Assembly (NCBI GenBank): GCA_041661665.1
Contig: JBAZTW010000006.1
Location: 3,711 to 67,710, forward strand
DNA length: 64,000 nt
Direction: 5' to 3'
Source: Phycisphaerae bacterium
GTDB lineage: Bacteria; Planctomycetota; Phycisphaerae; Sedimentisphaerales; UBA12454
Below the pieces are notes generated by a model. It had not been told where the DNA came from, did no database searches, and was given only the letters and a program-made list of their open reading frames with translations. Below, piece by piece: positions 47,732 through 55,212 of this stretch. The first letter of the stretch is position 1. The number at the start of each line of letters is the position of its first letter. Made by a program: the position numbers and the translations under genes.

Positions 47732-47849
47732 AATCAGTCGTTGGTATTTGGTATTTTGTTTTATGCACCGCAAGCCGATTTATCGGTCTTAATTAAAAAA
47801 TACATTCTAATACCTTTTTGGGCTTAAGAAACAGCTTTTCCCACAAACA

Positions 47850-48599
47850 CTAAGGGCCTTTTTGCCCCGCTACCGCAAGCACAAACGCAAAAACCTTATT
47901 CGCCCCCGCATCCTTCAAAACTCTGGCGCATTCATTCAATGTAGCGCCTGATGTTTTTATATCATCAACCAGACAGATATTTTTCCCGCTAAAATTATGA
48001 TATTTTCGAACAGCAAACGCATCTTTTATATTTTTCTTTCGTTCGGTATGAGTAAGACCTGCCTGTTGCGGGGTATAACGAACACGAACAAGGTCGGTAT
48101 TAAACTCCGCATCGGGCATACTGAAACTTTTGGCAATCAGAGCGGATTGGTTGAAGCCGCGTTTAAAACGTCGCCGCCAATGCAGCGGCACAGGAACAAC
48201 GAAATCAATCGGCTCAGAAAAATTCGCACGCTCAATTGCCCCTTGCGTCAAATCCGTAATAGGCCTTAACAGATTTGTTCTATTCACCAGCTTAAAATTG
48301 ATTATCAAACTCCTCAAAGGCTCCTGATAAACGCCTGTGCAGGCGATGGAATCAAAGTGAAATGTCTGCTCCTGACAAGTCGGGCAGCCTGTCGGCAGTT
48401 TCGCATAAGCGCTTATTTCTTTTCCGCAGCGGCTGCAGTGCGAATCGACAATGCAGGCGTTCAGCCCCTGCCAGCAATCGGAGCAGAAATATTCATCGTC
48501 CTGACTTATGGGACAATCGCAAATTAGACAGTATTTATGATAGACAAGCCCCGTAAGCCCCTTTAACAACTTCCCTGCCGTTTGAATGATTCCTTTCAT
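47850..48599 (-). CDS. comF: ComF family protein (phosphoribosyltransferase domain with N-terminal Cys-rich region)
   Basis: CLICDCP...CSDCW and CSRCG...CPTC zinc-finger-like motifs, and a PRTase motif (ICLVDDIKTSGATL). ATG 48599 is preferred over the track start at 48770. Confidence 0.75.
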   Translation of the reverse strand: MKGIIQTAGKLLKGLTGLVYHKYCLICDCPISQDDEYFCSDCWQGLNACIVDSHCSRCGKEISAYAKLPTGCPTCQEQTFHFDSIACTGVYQEPLRSLIINFKLVNRTNLLRPITDLTQGAIERANFSEPIDFVVPVPLHWRRRFKRGFNQSALIAKSFSMPDAEFNTDLVRVRYTPQQAGLTHTERKKNIKDAFAVRKYHNFSGKNICLVDDIKTSGATLNECARVLKDAGANKVFAFVLAVAGQKGP

Positions 48600-48763
48600 A
48601 CGGAAAATTATAAAAACGGCGGCAAAAAAAATAAAGAAAATATGCTGAAAATCGCAAAATTCGGAGTGTTTTGTAGAGGCAGACCTGTGTGTCTGCCCAC
48701 ATTCAAGCGACAGAGGCAAAAACTGACGTTGGCAGGCATAAAAACAGGGTTTTAAAAAAATAT

Positions 48764-48792
48764 TTGACAAAAAATGTGATTTCTGGTACTAT
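48764..48792 (+). promoter_or_regulatory. Candidate trp operon promoter
   Basis: TTGACA (48764-48769), a 17-nt spacer, then TACTAT (48787-48792). Confidence 0.45.
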
Positions 48793-48801
48793 GCTCTTAT
48801 T

Positions 48802-48861
48802 ATGGTTCATAACGCTGTTAATTTTGTTTTTGGTTGGTGGCGACTCGTTGAAAATAGCTGA
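48802..48861 (+). CDS. trpL: trp operon leader peptide with tandem Trp codons
   Basis: ATG 48802 opens MVHNAVNFVFGWWRLVENS-TGA (19 codons). UGG UGG is at 48835-48840. It is below the ORF-track size cutoff. It lies between the promoter and an intrinsic terminator upstream of trpE. Confidence 0.6.
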   Translation: MVHNAVNFVFGWWRLVENS

Positions 48862-48910
48862 CGGGCTGTGAACATAGTCTAAATACGAAAATTGCATAAA
48901 AAAAATACTT

Positions 48911-48943
48911 CACGGCTTGTCGGCGACGACGAGCCGTTTTTTT
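48911..48943 (+). terminator. trp attenuator (intrinsic terminator)
   Basis: ACGGCUUGUCG-GCGA-CGACGAGCCGU, 11 bp including one G-U, with a GNRA loop, followed by U8. It ends 135 nt upstream of ATG 49079. Confidence 0.8.
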
Positions 48944-48971
48944 TGTATATTGTGCGAAAAAATTGTGAGAG

Positions 48972-49063
48972 TTTTGTAGGGTGGGCTCGCCTGCCCTGAG
49001 CTTGCCGAAGGGTCAGCCCACGCTGTCGTTTAGCCGTCGCCGGCACGGCGGCGTATTTTGTAG
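48972..49063. repeat. Nested intergenic repeat: a TTTTGTAGGG hairpin carrying an inserted CTGCCCTGAGCTTG module, then a GTCGCCG hairpin
   Basis: ttttgtagGGTGGGCT-cgcctgccctgagcttgccgaagggtc-AGCCCACgc, then tgtcgtttagccgtcgccggcacggcggcgt, then ttttgtag again (49056-49063). The inner module matches 15246-15274 and 2980-3007 in reverse orientation. Confidence 0.65.
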
Positions 49064-49078
49064 ATTGTGAGAAAACTT

Positions 49079-50680
49079 ATGACAGAATTAAATAAAAAAA
49101 TAAACGAGGCGAAAACAGGCCAAATCGTTCCGTTGGTTCGAAAAATTGATATAGCCGAGCCGGTCGAGTTTTTCGCCAAATTAAGCGACTATGGCAGAAA
49201 ACAGCACTGCTGTCTTTTGGAATCCAAAGACCATTTAGCTGGCGGAAACGGAGACGAACTTACCTTCGGAACGGCAAACCCGGCTTTATACATCAGCGGC
49301 AAAGACAGCGAATTTCAAATCCTCGCCCTTAGCAGCGTCGGCAAACGGATGCTCAAATACTTTGCGACGACAGGCAGGGAGAGATTTAACTTCTGCGAAA
49401 AAATAGACTTCAACGCCGACCGCATCACAGGCCGATTGAATTTAAACCACAATGTCGTCGATGAACAGAGCAGGTTAAAGGCAACGAATCAGATGGATGT
49501 GATTCGCGCGGTAAACTTCGCCTTTGAACTTTCGGGCAAACCTTTCAGAATTACCTGTGGACTGTTTGGCGCGCTTAGCTATGATTTTATTGACCAGTTT
49601 GAAAAGCTGCCGCCAAATAAGTCCGCCCTGCTGGATGTGCCTGATTATGAACTTTACTTCGCCGATAATATTTTCCTGATGGACCACAAAACCGGCGATG
49701 CGTTTGTGGTCGTCAACGCGATTATCACAAACGGCGACAGAGAACAGATTGTAAATGAAGCCGAAAGCTGTTTTGATTATTATACTAAGGCTTTGGAGAA
49801 TAATCCTGAGCCTCGAAAGTACATAGGCAATTTGCCGGCAGCCGAAACAGACACTACTCAGGCGGAATATGAAAAAATGGTCGAAACCGCGAAGCAGCAT
49901 ATAATCGACGGCGATATTTTTCAGGTCGTGCTTAGCAGGACTATAATTGAGCCTTGCCCCGATGAGCCTTTGGATGTTTATAAAAGACTGCGAAAGCTCA
50001 ACCCATCGCCTTATATGTTCTACATCAATACGCCAAACACGATTTTGACGGGCGCAAGCCCGGAACTGAATCTGCGGGTCAGCGGCACGCAAAATCGTCA
50101 GGTCGAAATCAGGCCTATCGCAGGCACAAAGCCGCGAGGCAAAGTAGATGGCAAGCTCGACCCGGACACCGACTTCAGATATGAAGCTGAACTTAAACTC
50201 GACAGAAAAGAACTGGCAGAGCATATGATGCTTGTCGATTTGGCGAGAAATGATATTGCCCGCGTCGCCAAAAAAAGCTCACGAATCGTCAACGAACTGC
50301 TTGTCGTCGAAAAATATGAATCTGTAATGCACCTTGTGAGCAACGTAAAAGGCATACTCGCTGAAGAACTCGACGCTCTTAGCGCATATCTGGCGACAAT
50401 GAATATGGGAACATTGAGCGGTGCGCCGAAGATTGAGGCGATGAAAATTATCCGCCAACTGGAAAAAAATAAACGCGGCTACTATGGCGGCGCGGTAATG
50501 TATTTAACCGTTGACGGCCAATTCGATAGCTGTATAACTATACGGTCGCTGCAAATAAAGGATAATGCCGCTTATATCAGAGCCGGAGCGGGAATTGTTC
50601 ACGACAGCGTACCGGCGACGGAATTTGCCGAAACACAGCACAAAGCTGGCTCCTGCCTTAGAGCGGTGAGAGGAAACTAA
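49079..50680 (+). CDS. trpE: Anthranilate synthase component I
   Basis: About 533 aa with a chorismate-binding domain (LSRTI, GTLSGAPK, RGYYGGAV). The start is ATG 49079 or GTG 49067. Confidence 0.95.
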   Translation: MTELNKKINEAKTGQIVPLVRKIDIAEPVEFFAKLSDYGRKQHCCLLESKDHLAGGNGDELTFGTANPALYISGKDSEFQILALSSVGKRMLKYFATTGRERFNFCEKIDFNADRITGRLNLNHNVVDEQSRLKATNQMDVIRAVNFAFELSGKPFRITCGLFGALSYDFIDQFEKLPPNKSALLDVPDYELYFADNIFLMDHKTGDAFVVVNAIITNGDREQIVNEAESCFDYYTKALENNPEPRKYIGNLPAAETDTTQAEYEKMVETAKQHIIDGDIFQVVLSRTIIEPCPDEPLDVYKRLRKLNPSPYMFYINTPNTILTGASPELNLRVSGTQNRQVEIRPIAGTKPRGKVDGKLDPDTDFRYEAELKLDRKELAEHMMLVDLARNDIARVAKKSSRIVNELLVVEKYESVMHLVSNVKGILAEELDALSAYLATMNMGTLSGAPKIEAMKIIRQLEKNKRGYYGGAVMYLTVDGQFDSCITIRSLQIKDNAAYIRAGAGIVHDSVPATEFAETQHKAGSCLRAVRGN

Positions 50681-50682
50681 AT

Positions 50683-51288
50683 ATGAAAAATATAAATCCA
50701 AAAGTTTTGTTTATAGATAACTTCGATTCGTTCACATACAACCTCGTCGATGATTTCTGCAAGAGAGGCTGCGATGCAAAAGTCTATCGCGCCGACACGC
50801 CCCTTGATACGCTCAAACAGATTGCTGATGAATTGAATCCAGACCTGCTTGTGATTTCACCCGGGCCGGGCTGTCCATCAACGGCGGGCGTAACGCTTGA
50901 AGCTATCGGATATTTTCAGGACAGGCTGCCGATATTCGGCGTTTGTCTCGGCCATCAGTCAATCGTCGAATACTTCGGCGGAGTTGTCGGACACGCACCA
51001 AAGGTAATGCACGGCAAATCTTCAAAAGTCTCGCACAACGGCAAAGGAATCTTTGAAGACCTTGAAAACCCCTTCCAGGCGGGCAGGTATCACAGCCTTT
51101 GCGCAACTAAAATGCCGGATTGTCTGGAAACAACCGCAACCTGCGAAAATATCGTTATGGGTCTGCGGCACAAAACCAAACCAATTTTCGGCGTACAGTT
51201 CCACCCGGAAAGCATCTTAACCCCGACCGGCGGAAAAATAATACAAAACCTTTTGAATATGTCAGTTAAAATTGGGAGAGCATTGTGA
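50683..51288 (+). CDS. trpG: Anthranilate synthase component II (glutamine amidotransferase)
   Basis: 201 aa with the catalytic triad context GVCLGHQ and FHPES. Confidence 0.9.
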   Translation: MKNINPKVLFIDNFDSFTYNLVDDFCKRGCDAKVYRADTPLDTLKQIADELNPDLLVISPGPGCPSTAGVTLEAIGYFQDRLPIFGVCLGHQSIVEYFGGVVGHAPKVMHGKSSKVSHNGKGIFEDLENPFQAGRYHSLCATKMPDCLETTATCENIVMGLRHKTKPIFGVQFHPESILTPTGGKIIQNLLNMSVKIGRAL

Positions 51289-52307
51289 CAAAAATAACTG
51301 AATATCTCGAAATTCTTCTCGAAGGCGGAAACCTTAAATACGAACAGGCAAAAGACCTGCTTGACACAATTTTCAAAGGCGATGTCGCAGAGGTGCAGAT
51401 TGCCGCGTTTCTGGCGGCAATGAGAATGAAGAAAGCTATGCCCGCCGAATTCGCCGGTCTGGCACAATCGCTTAGAGACCACGCCGTCAGGATTAAAGTG
51501 GATATTAAGAATTTGATAGACACCTGCGGAACAGGCGGAGCGTCTATTAAAACTTTCAATGTCTCAACCATCGCGGCATTTGTCGCCGCAGGAGCAGGCG
51601 CAAAAGTAGCAAAACACGGCAACCGCGCTATCACAAGCAAATGCGGCTCAGCGGATGTCCTCGAATCGCTCGGCGTAAAAATCGACTGCTCGCCCGACAT
51701 CGTGGTCGAATGTATCGAAAAAGCAGGCATCGGCTTTATGTTCGCTCCGATGTATCACCCGGCGATGAAATTCGTTCAGCCGATAAGAAAAAGTCTCGAC
51801 TTCCGCACAGCTTTTAATGTCCTCGGGCCACTTGCAAACCCGGCAGGCGTTACATCGCAGTTTATGGGCGTTGCCGAAGAATCGCTGCTTGACAGAATCG
51901 CTGACACACTCAAACTCCTCGGCACAAAGCGGGCAATGGTCGTCCACGGCAGCGGACTTGACGAGATAAGCACAACAGCGACAACAAAGGTAATCGAGCT
52001 GAAGAACAATAAGAAAACTTCCTACGAAATACACCCGGCAGATTTCGGCCTCGAATCGCCTAAAATAGCCGAGCTTATCAGCAGCAGCGCCGAATACAAC
52101 GCAAACTTGGCAAAAGACATTCTTTACGGACGTAAAAAAGGCCCGGCAAGGGATATTGTGCTGCTGAACGCCGCCGCTGCGATAATGGTCGCCGATTTGG
52201 CCGATAATCTGCATCAGGGATTAAAAAAAGCAGACGAGGCTCTCAATTCCGGCGCTGCTGTTCAATGTCTGGAAAAGATGATTGAGATTTCAAACAAAAA
52301 AAATTAG
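51285..52307 (+). CDS. trpD: Anthranilate phosphoribosyltransferase
   Basis: 340 aa with DTCGTGGAS, KHGNRA and the overall TrpD pattern. It overlaps trpG by 4 nt. Confidence 0.95.
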   Translation: MTKITEYLEILLEGGNLKYEQAKDLLDTIFKGDVAEVQIAAFLAAMRMKKAMPAEFAGLAQSLRDHAVRIKVDIKNLIDTCGTGGASIKTFNVSTIAAFVAAGAGAKVAKHGNRAITSKCGSADVLESLGVKIDCSPDIVVECIEKAGIGFMFAPMYHPAMKFVQPIRKSLDFRTAFNVLGPLANPAGVTSQFMGVAEESLLDRIADTLKLLGTKRAMVVHGSGLDEISTTATTKVIELKNNKKTSYEIHPADFGLESPKIAELISSSAEYNANLAKDILYGRKKGPARDIVLLNAAAAIMVADLADNLHQGLKKADEALNSGAAVQCLEKMIEISNKKN

Positions 52308-52322
52308 AATGTAAATTTATAA

Positions 52323-52958
52323 ATGAAAAATCCAAAAATTAAAATTTGCGGAATAACAAACGTCGAGGATGCCGTTAAGGCTGTTAAACTCGGCGCTGAT
52401 TTGCTGGGATTTAATTTTTATTCCAAAAGCCCAAGATTTATCCATCCGCAGGAAGCCGAAAAAATCATTCGCAAACTGCCTGCTTATGTTGACATAGTCG
52501 GCTTGTTCGTAAATGCCGATGCCGATGAGATTCGCAAAACGTCAAGAAACTTAATGCTTAACTGGGTGCAGCTCCACGGCGATGAAAGTCCGGGCTTTTG
52601 CCTGTCGCTGGACAATATCACCGCACAAATCATAAAAGCGATAAGAGTGAAAGACGGCCGCGACCTCGAATACGCGAAAAACTTTTCAACCGATGCCCTG
52701 CTTCTCGACGCTTATCACCCCGAACTCTACGGCGGAACAGGCCAGAGGTTCGACTGGAACACGCTGCCGGAACTTACCGGCCACACATTCGGAAGAACAT
52801 TTCTCGCAGGCGGCATAAACCAGGATAATGTCATCGAAGCAATGAGCCACGGTTTCTATGGCATAGATATATGCAGTGGAATTGAGGATTCGCCCGGAAA
52901 GAAAAATCATAAAAAAATGGAACTGCTTTTCAAAAAAATTAGAAGCGTTATTGCGTAA
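52323..52958 (+). CDS. trpF: Phosphoribosylanthranilate isomerase
   Basis: 211 aa. KICGITNVEDA, VQLHGDE and GGTG..FDW. Confidence 0.9.
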   Translation: MKNPKIKICGITNVEDAVKAVKLGADLLGFNFYSKSPRFIHPQEAEKIIRKLPAYVDIVGLFVNADADEIRKTSRNLMLNWVQLHGDESPGFCLSLDNITAQIIKAIRVKDGRDLEYAKNFSTDALLLDAYHPELYGGTGQRFDWNTLPELTGHTFGRTFLAGGINQDNVIEAMSHGFYGIDICSGIEDSPGKKNHKKMELLFKKIRSVIA

Positions 52959-53081
52959 GAGAAAATAATTATGAATCCCGCATCTTCCAATACTCATTTA
53001 GTTTCTTTTAAGGTGTGGAGTATAAATAAATTTGATAATTTAAATATGAGAAGTAAAGTTTGAATTGAAAGAAGGTGCGGG

Positions 53082-54254
53082 ATGAAAAACAATGGAAGAT
53101 TCGGACAGTTCGGCGGCTTTTACGTTCCTGAAGTCTTAATACCGGCTCTGGAGGAAATGGAAGCCGCGTTCTATAAATTTTACAAAGACCCGCAATTCGT
53201 CGCCGACCTCAACACGCTCTACAATGATTATGCAGGCAGGCCGACGCCGCTCTACTACGCGACGCGATTCAGCGAACTTGTCGGTTTCAAAGTTTATATC
53301 AAACGCGAAGACCTCCTCCATGGCGGCGCACACAAAGTCAATAACTGCCTCGGACAGGGATTGCTCGCCAAATATATGGGCAAAACAAAACTCATCGCAG
53401 AGACCGGAGCAGGCCAGCACGGTCTTGCGACATCAATGGTCGGCGCGCTGTTCGGAATGCAGACAAAAATTTTTATGGGTTCAATCGACATTGAACGTCA
53501 AAGCGTCAACGTCCACAAAATGCGGCTTTGCGGCGCGGAAGTTATCAGCATTACAGGCGGAACACGCACATTGAAAGACGCAATCAACGAAGCCCTGCGA
53601 TACTGGACATCAAACGTGGCCGATACATTTTATATGTTCGGCACAGCCTGCGGCCCGCATCCCTATCCAACAATCGTAAAACATTTTCAATCCTGCATAG
53701 GCGCCGAAGCCCGCAGACAATGCCTTGAAAAACTCGGCAAACTGCCCGATATCGTTACCGCCTGCGTCGGCGGCGGAAGCAACGCTATCGGAATTTTCAG
53801 CGCATTCGTTGACGACAAAAACGTAAAACTCGTTGGCGTTGAACCGGCAGGCAAAGGAATTAAAACAGGCAAACACGCAGCTCCGCTAAACGCCGGCAAA
53901 GTCGGAATCCTGCACGGCACAAAAATGTATCTGATGCAGGACAGTGACGGCCAAATCCTCGACACTGAATCAATCTCAGCAGGCCTCGATTATCCGGGCG
54001 TTGGGCCCGAACACTGCCTTTTAAGAGATAACAAACGCGCTGAATATGTCGCGGTTGAAGACGATGCTGTACTCGAAATTTTTGACATCTTTACAAAATG
54101 CGAAGGCATTCTGCCCGCGCTGGAAAGTTCGCATTCGCTTGCGTGGGTATATAGCCAAAGAAAGAAATTGCCCGCCGATACCGTTGTTATTGTCAACCTG
54201 TCCGGCAGAGGCGATAAAGACGTTGATATCGTCGAAAGAAACAAAATTAAATAA
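53082..54254 (+). CDS. trpB: Tryptophan synthase beta chain
   Basis: 390 aa with the PLP-Lys context HGGAHKVNN, plus GAGQHG and GGGSNAIG. Confidence 0.97.
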   Translation: MKNNGRFGQFGGFYVPEVLIPALEEMEAAFYKFYKDPQFVADLNTLYNDYAGRPTPLYYATRFSELVGFKVYIKREDLLHGGAHKVNNCLGQGLLAKYMGKTKLIAETGAGQHGLATSMVGALFGMQTKIFMGSIDIERQSVNVHKMRLCGAEVISITGGTRTLKDAINEALRYWTSNVADTFYMFGTACGPHPYPTIVKHFQSCIGAEARRQCLEKLGKLPDIVTACVGGGSNAIGIFSAFVDDKNVKLVGVEPAGKGIKTGKHAAPLNAGKVGILHGTKMYLMQDSDGQILDTESISAGLDYPGVGPEHCLLRDNKRAEYVAVEDDAVLEIFDIFTKCEGILPALESSHSLAWVYSQRKKLPADTVVIVNLSGRGDKDVDIVERNKIK

Positions 54255-54264
54255 ATCTCTTTAA

Positions 54265-54284
54265 CCTCTGTGTCTCTGTGGTGA
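54265..54284. repeat. Solo CACAGAG-family repeat end directly upstream of trpA
   Basis: cctctgtgtctctgtggtga, followed by gaaaaaa and ATG 54292. It shares the 8-nt end ctgtggtg with the right arm of the GxxExxY cassette. Confidence 0.7.
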
Positions 54285-54291
54285 GAAAAAA

Positions 54292-55080
54292 ATGAAAACA
54301 TATAAACAAACTTTTGCGGAATTAAAACATCCTGCTTTAATACCTTTCTTTGTATTAGGCGACCCTGACTTCGACACAAGTTTTGAAATTATCAAAGCCG
54401 CCATCGATGCAGACGCCGATATTCTTGAACTTGGCATCGCCTTTTCCGACCCTATTGCCGATGGCCCGACAATCCAGAAGGCCGACATTCGCGCTTTGGC
54501 CTCTGGTATGAACATCGCAAAAGCAAAGGAGCTAATCAAAAAAATCAAGGCCTACAAAGACATTCCCATGGGCCTGTTGATGTACTACAACCTCATTTAT
54601 CAATATGGCACGGAAAAATTCTTCGCCGATTTCGCCGCCGCTGGTGTCAACAGCGTCCTAATCGCCGATTTGAGCATCGATGACGCTGACGAAGTTTCCG
54701 CTCCTATGAAAAAGGCCGGGCTTGATACGGTTTTTATGATTACGCCAAACACAGAAACAGAACGTGCAAAAAGAATCGCTGAAAAATGCACGGGCTTCAT
54801 CTACACCGTTTCGCTTTTGGGCGTAACCGGCGGGCGTGACCAGTTATCCGATATGGTCAAACCGCTGATAACCAGATTAAAGGCGATAACCAAAGTTCCT
54901 GTCTGCGTCGGTTTCGGCGTAAGCACACCACAGCACGCAAAGTCTCTCGCTCAAGCGGGTGCAGACGGAGTTATCATCGGCTCAAGAATTGTTAAAATTA
55001 TCGAAGACAATTTGAACGATAAAAAATCAATCCCCGCTAAAATCGCGGAATTTATTAAACAAATAAAACAGGCAATCTAA
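54292..55080 (+). CDS. trpA: Tryptophan synthase alpha chain
   Basis: 262 aa. LIPFFVLGDP, ELGIAFSDPIADGPTIQ and GFGVS. Confidence 0.95.
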   Translation: MKTYKQTFAELKHPALIPFFVLGDPDFDTSFEIIKAAIDADADILELGIAFSDPIADGPTIQKADIRALASGMNIAKAKELIKKIKAYKDIPMGLLMYYNLIYQYGTEKFFADFAAAGVNSVLIADLSIDDADEVSAPMKKAGLDTVFMITPNTETERAKRIAEKCTGFIYTVSLLGVTGGRDQLSDMVKPLITRLKAITKVPVCVGFGVSTPQHAKSLAQAGADGVIIGSRIVKIIEDNLNDKKSIPAKIAEFIKQIKQAI

Positions 55081-55087
55081 TTTTGGG

Positions 55088-55212
55088 TTCAGAGCCGCGA
55101 CAGTAATGGAGCGGTCATTCTTTTTGGGGTTAGCCCCGGCATCACTATGCCGGGGTCATTAAAATATCATCGGCGTAGCCGATTCCTTCTACTGACTACT
55201 AACTATTGACAA
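55088..55212. repeat. Composite repeat: TTCAGAGCCGCGACAGTAATGGAGCGGT module, GTTAGCCCC hairpin, ATCGGC/GCCGAT-TCC hairpin, CTACTGAC words
   Basis: 55088-55115 matches the reverse complement of 42959-42986. The hairpin ggttagCCCCGGCatcactatGCCGGGGtcattaaaat is at 55128-55165. The hairpin atcggc-gta-gccgat+tcc is at 55169-55186. The words ttctactgactactaactattgac contain the TAG stop (55199-55201) of the debranching-enzyme gene. Confidence 0.75.

Noticed and set aside
43226-52214. Long antisense ORFs inside argD (43226-43816), argB (44284-44757), dnaA (46448-46933), trpE (49475-50224, 249 aa) and trpD (51266-51730, 51648-52214)
   Set aside because: All are contained within genes that carry diagnostic catalytic motifs on the other strand. 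Their products have skewed composition and no start signals.
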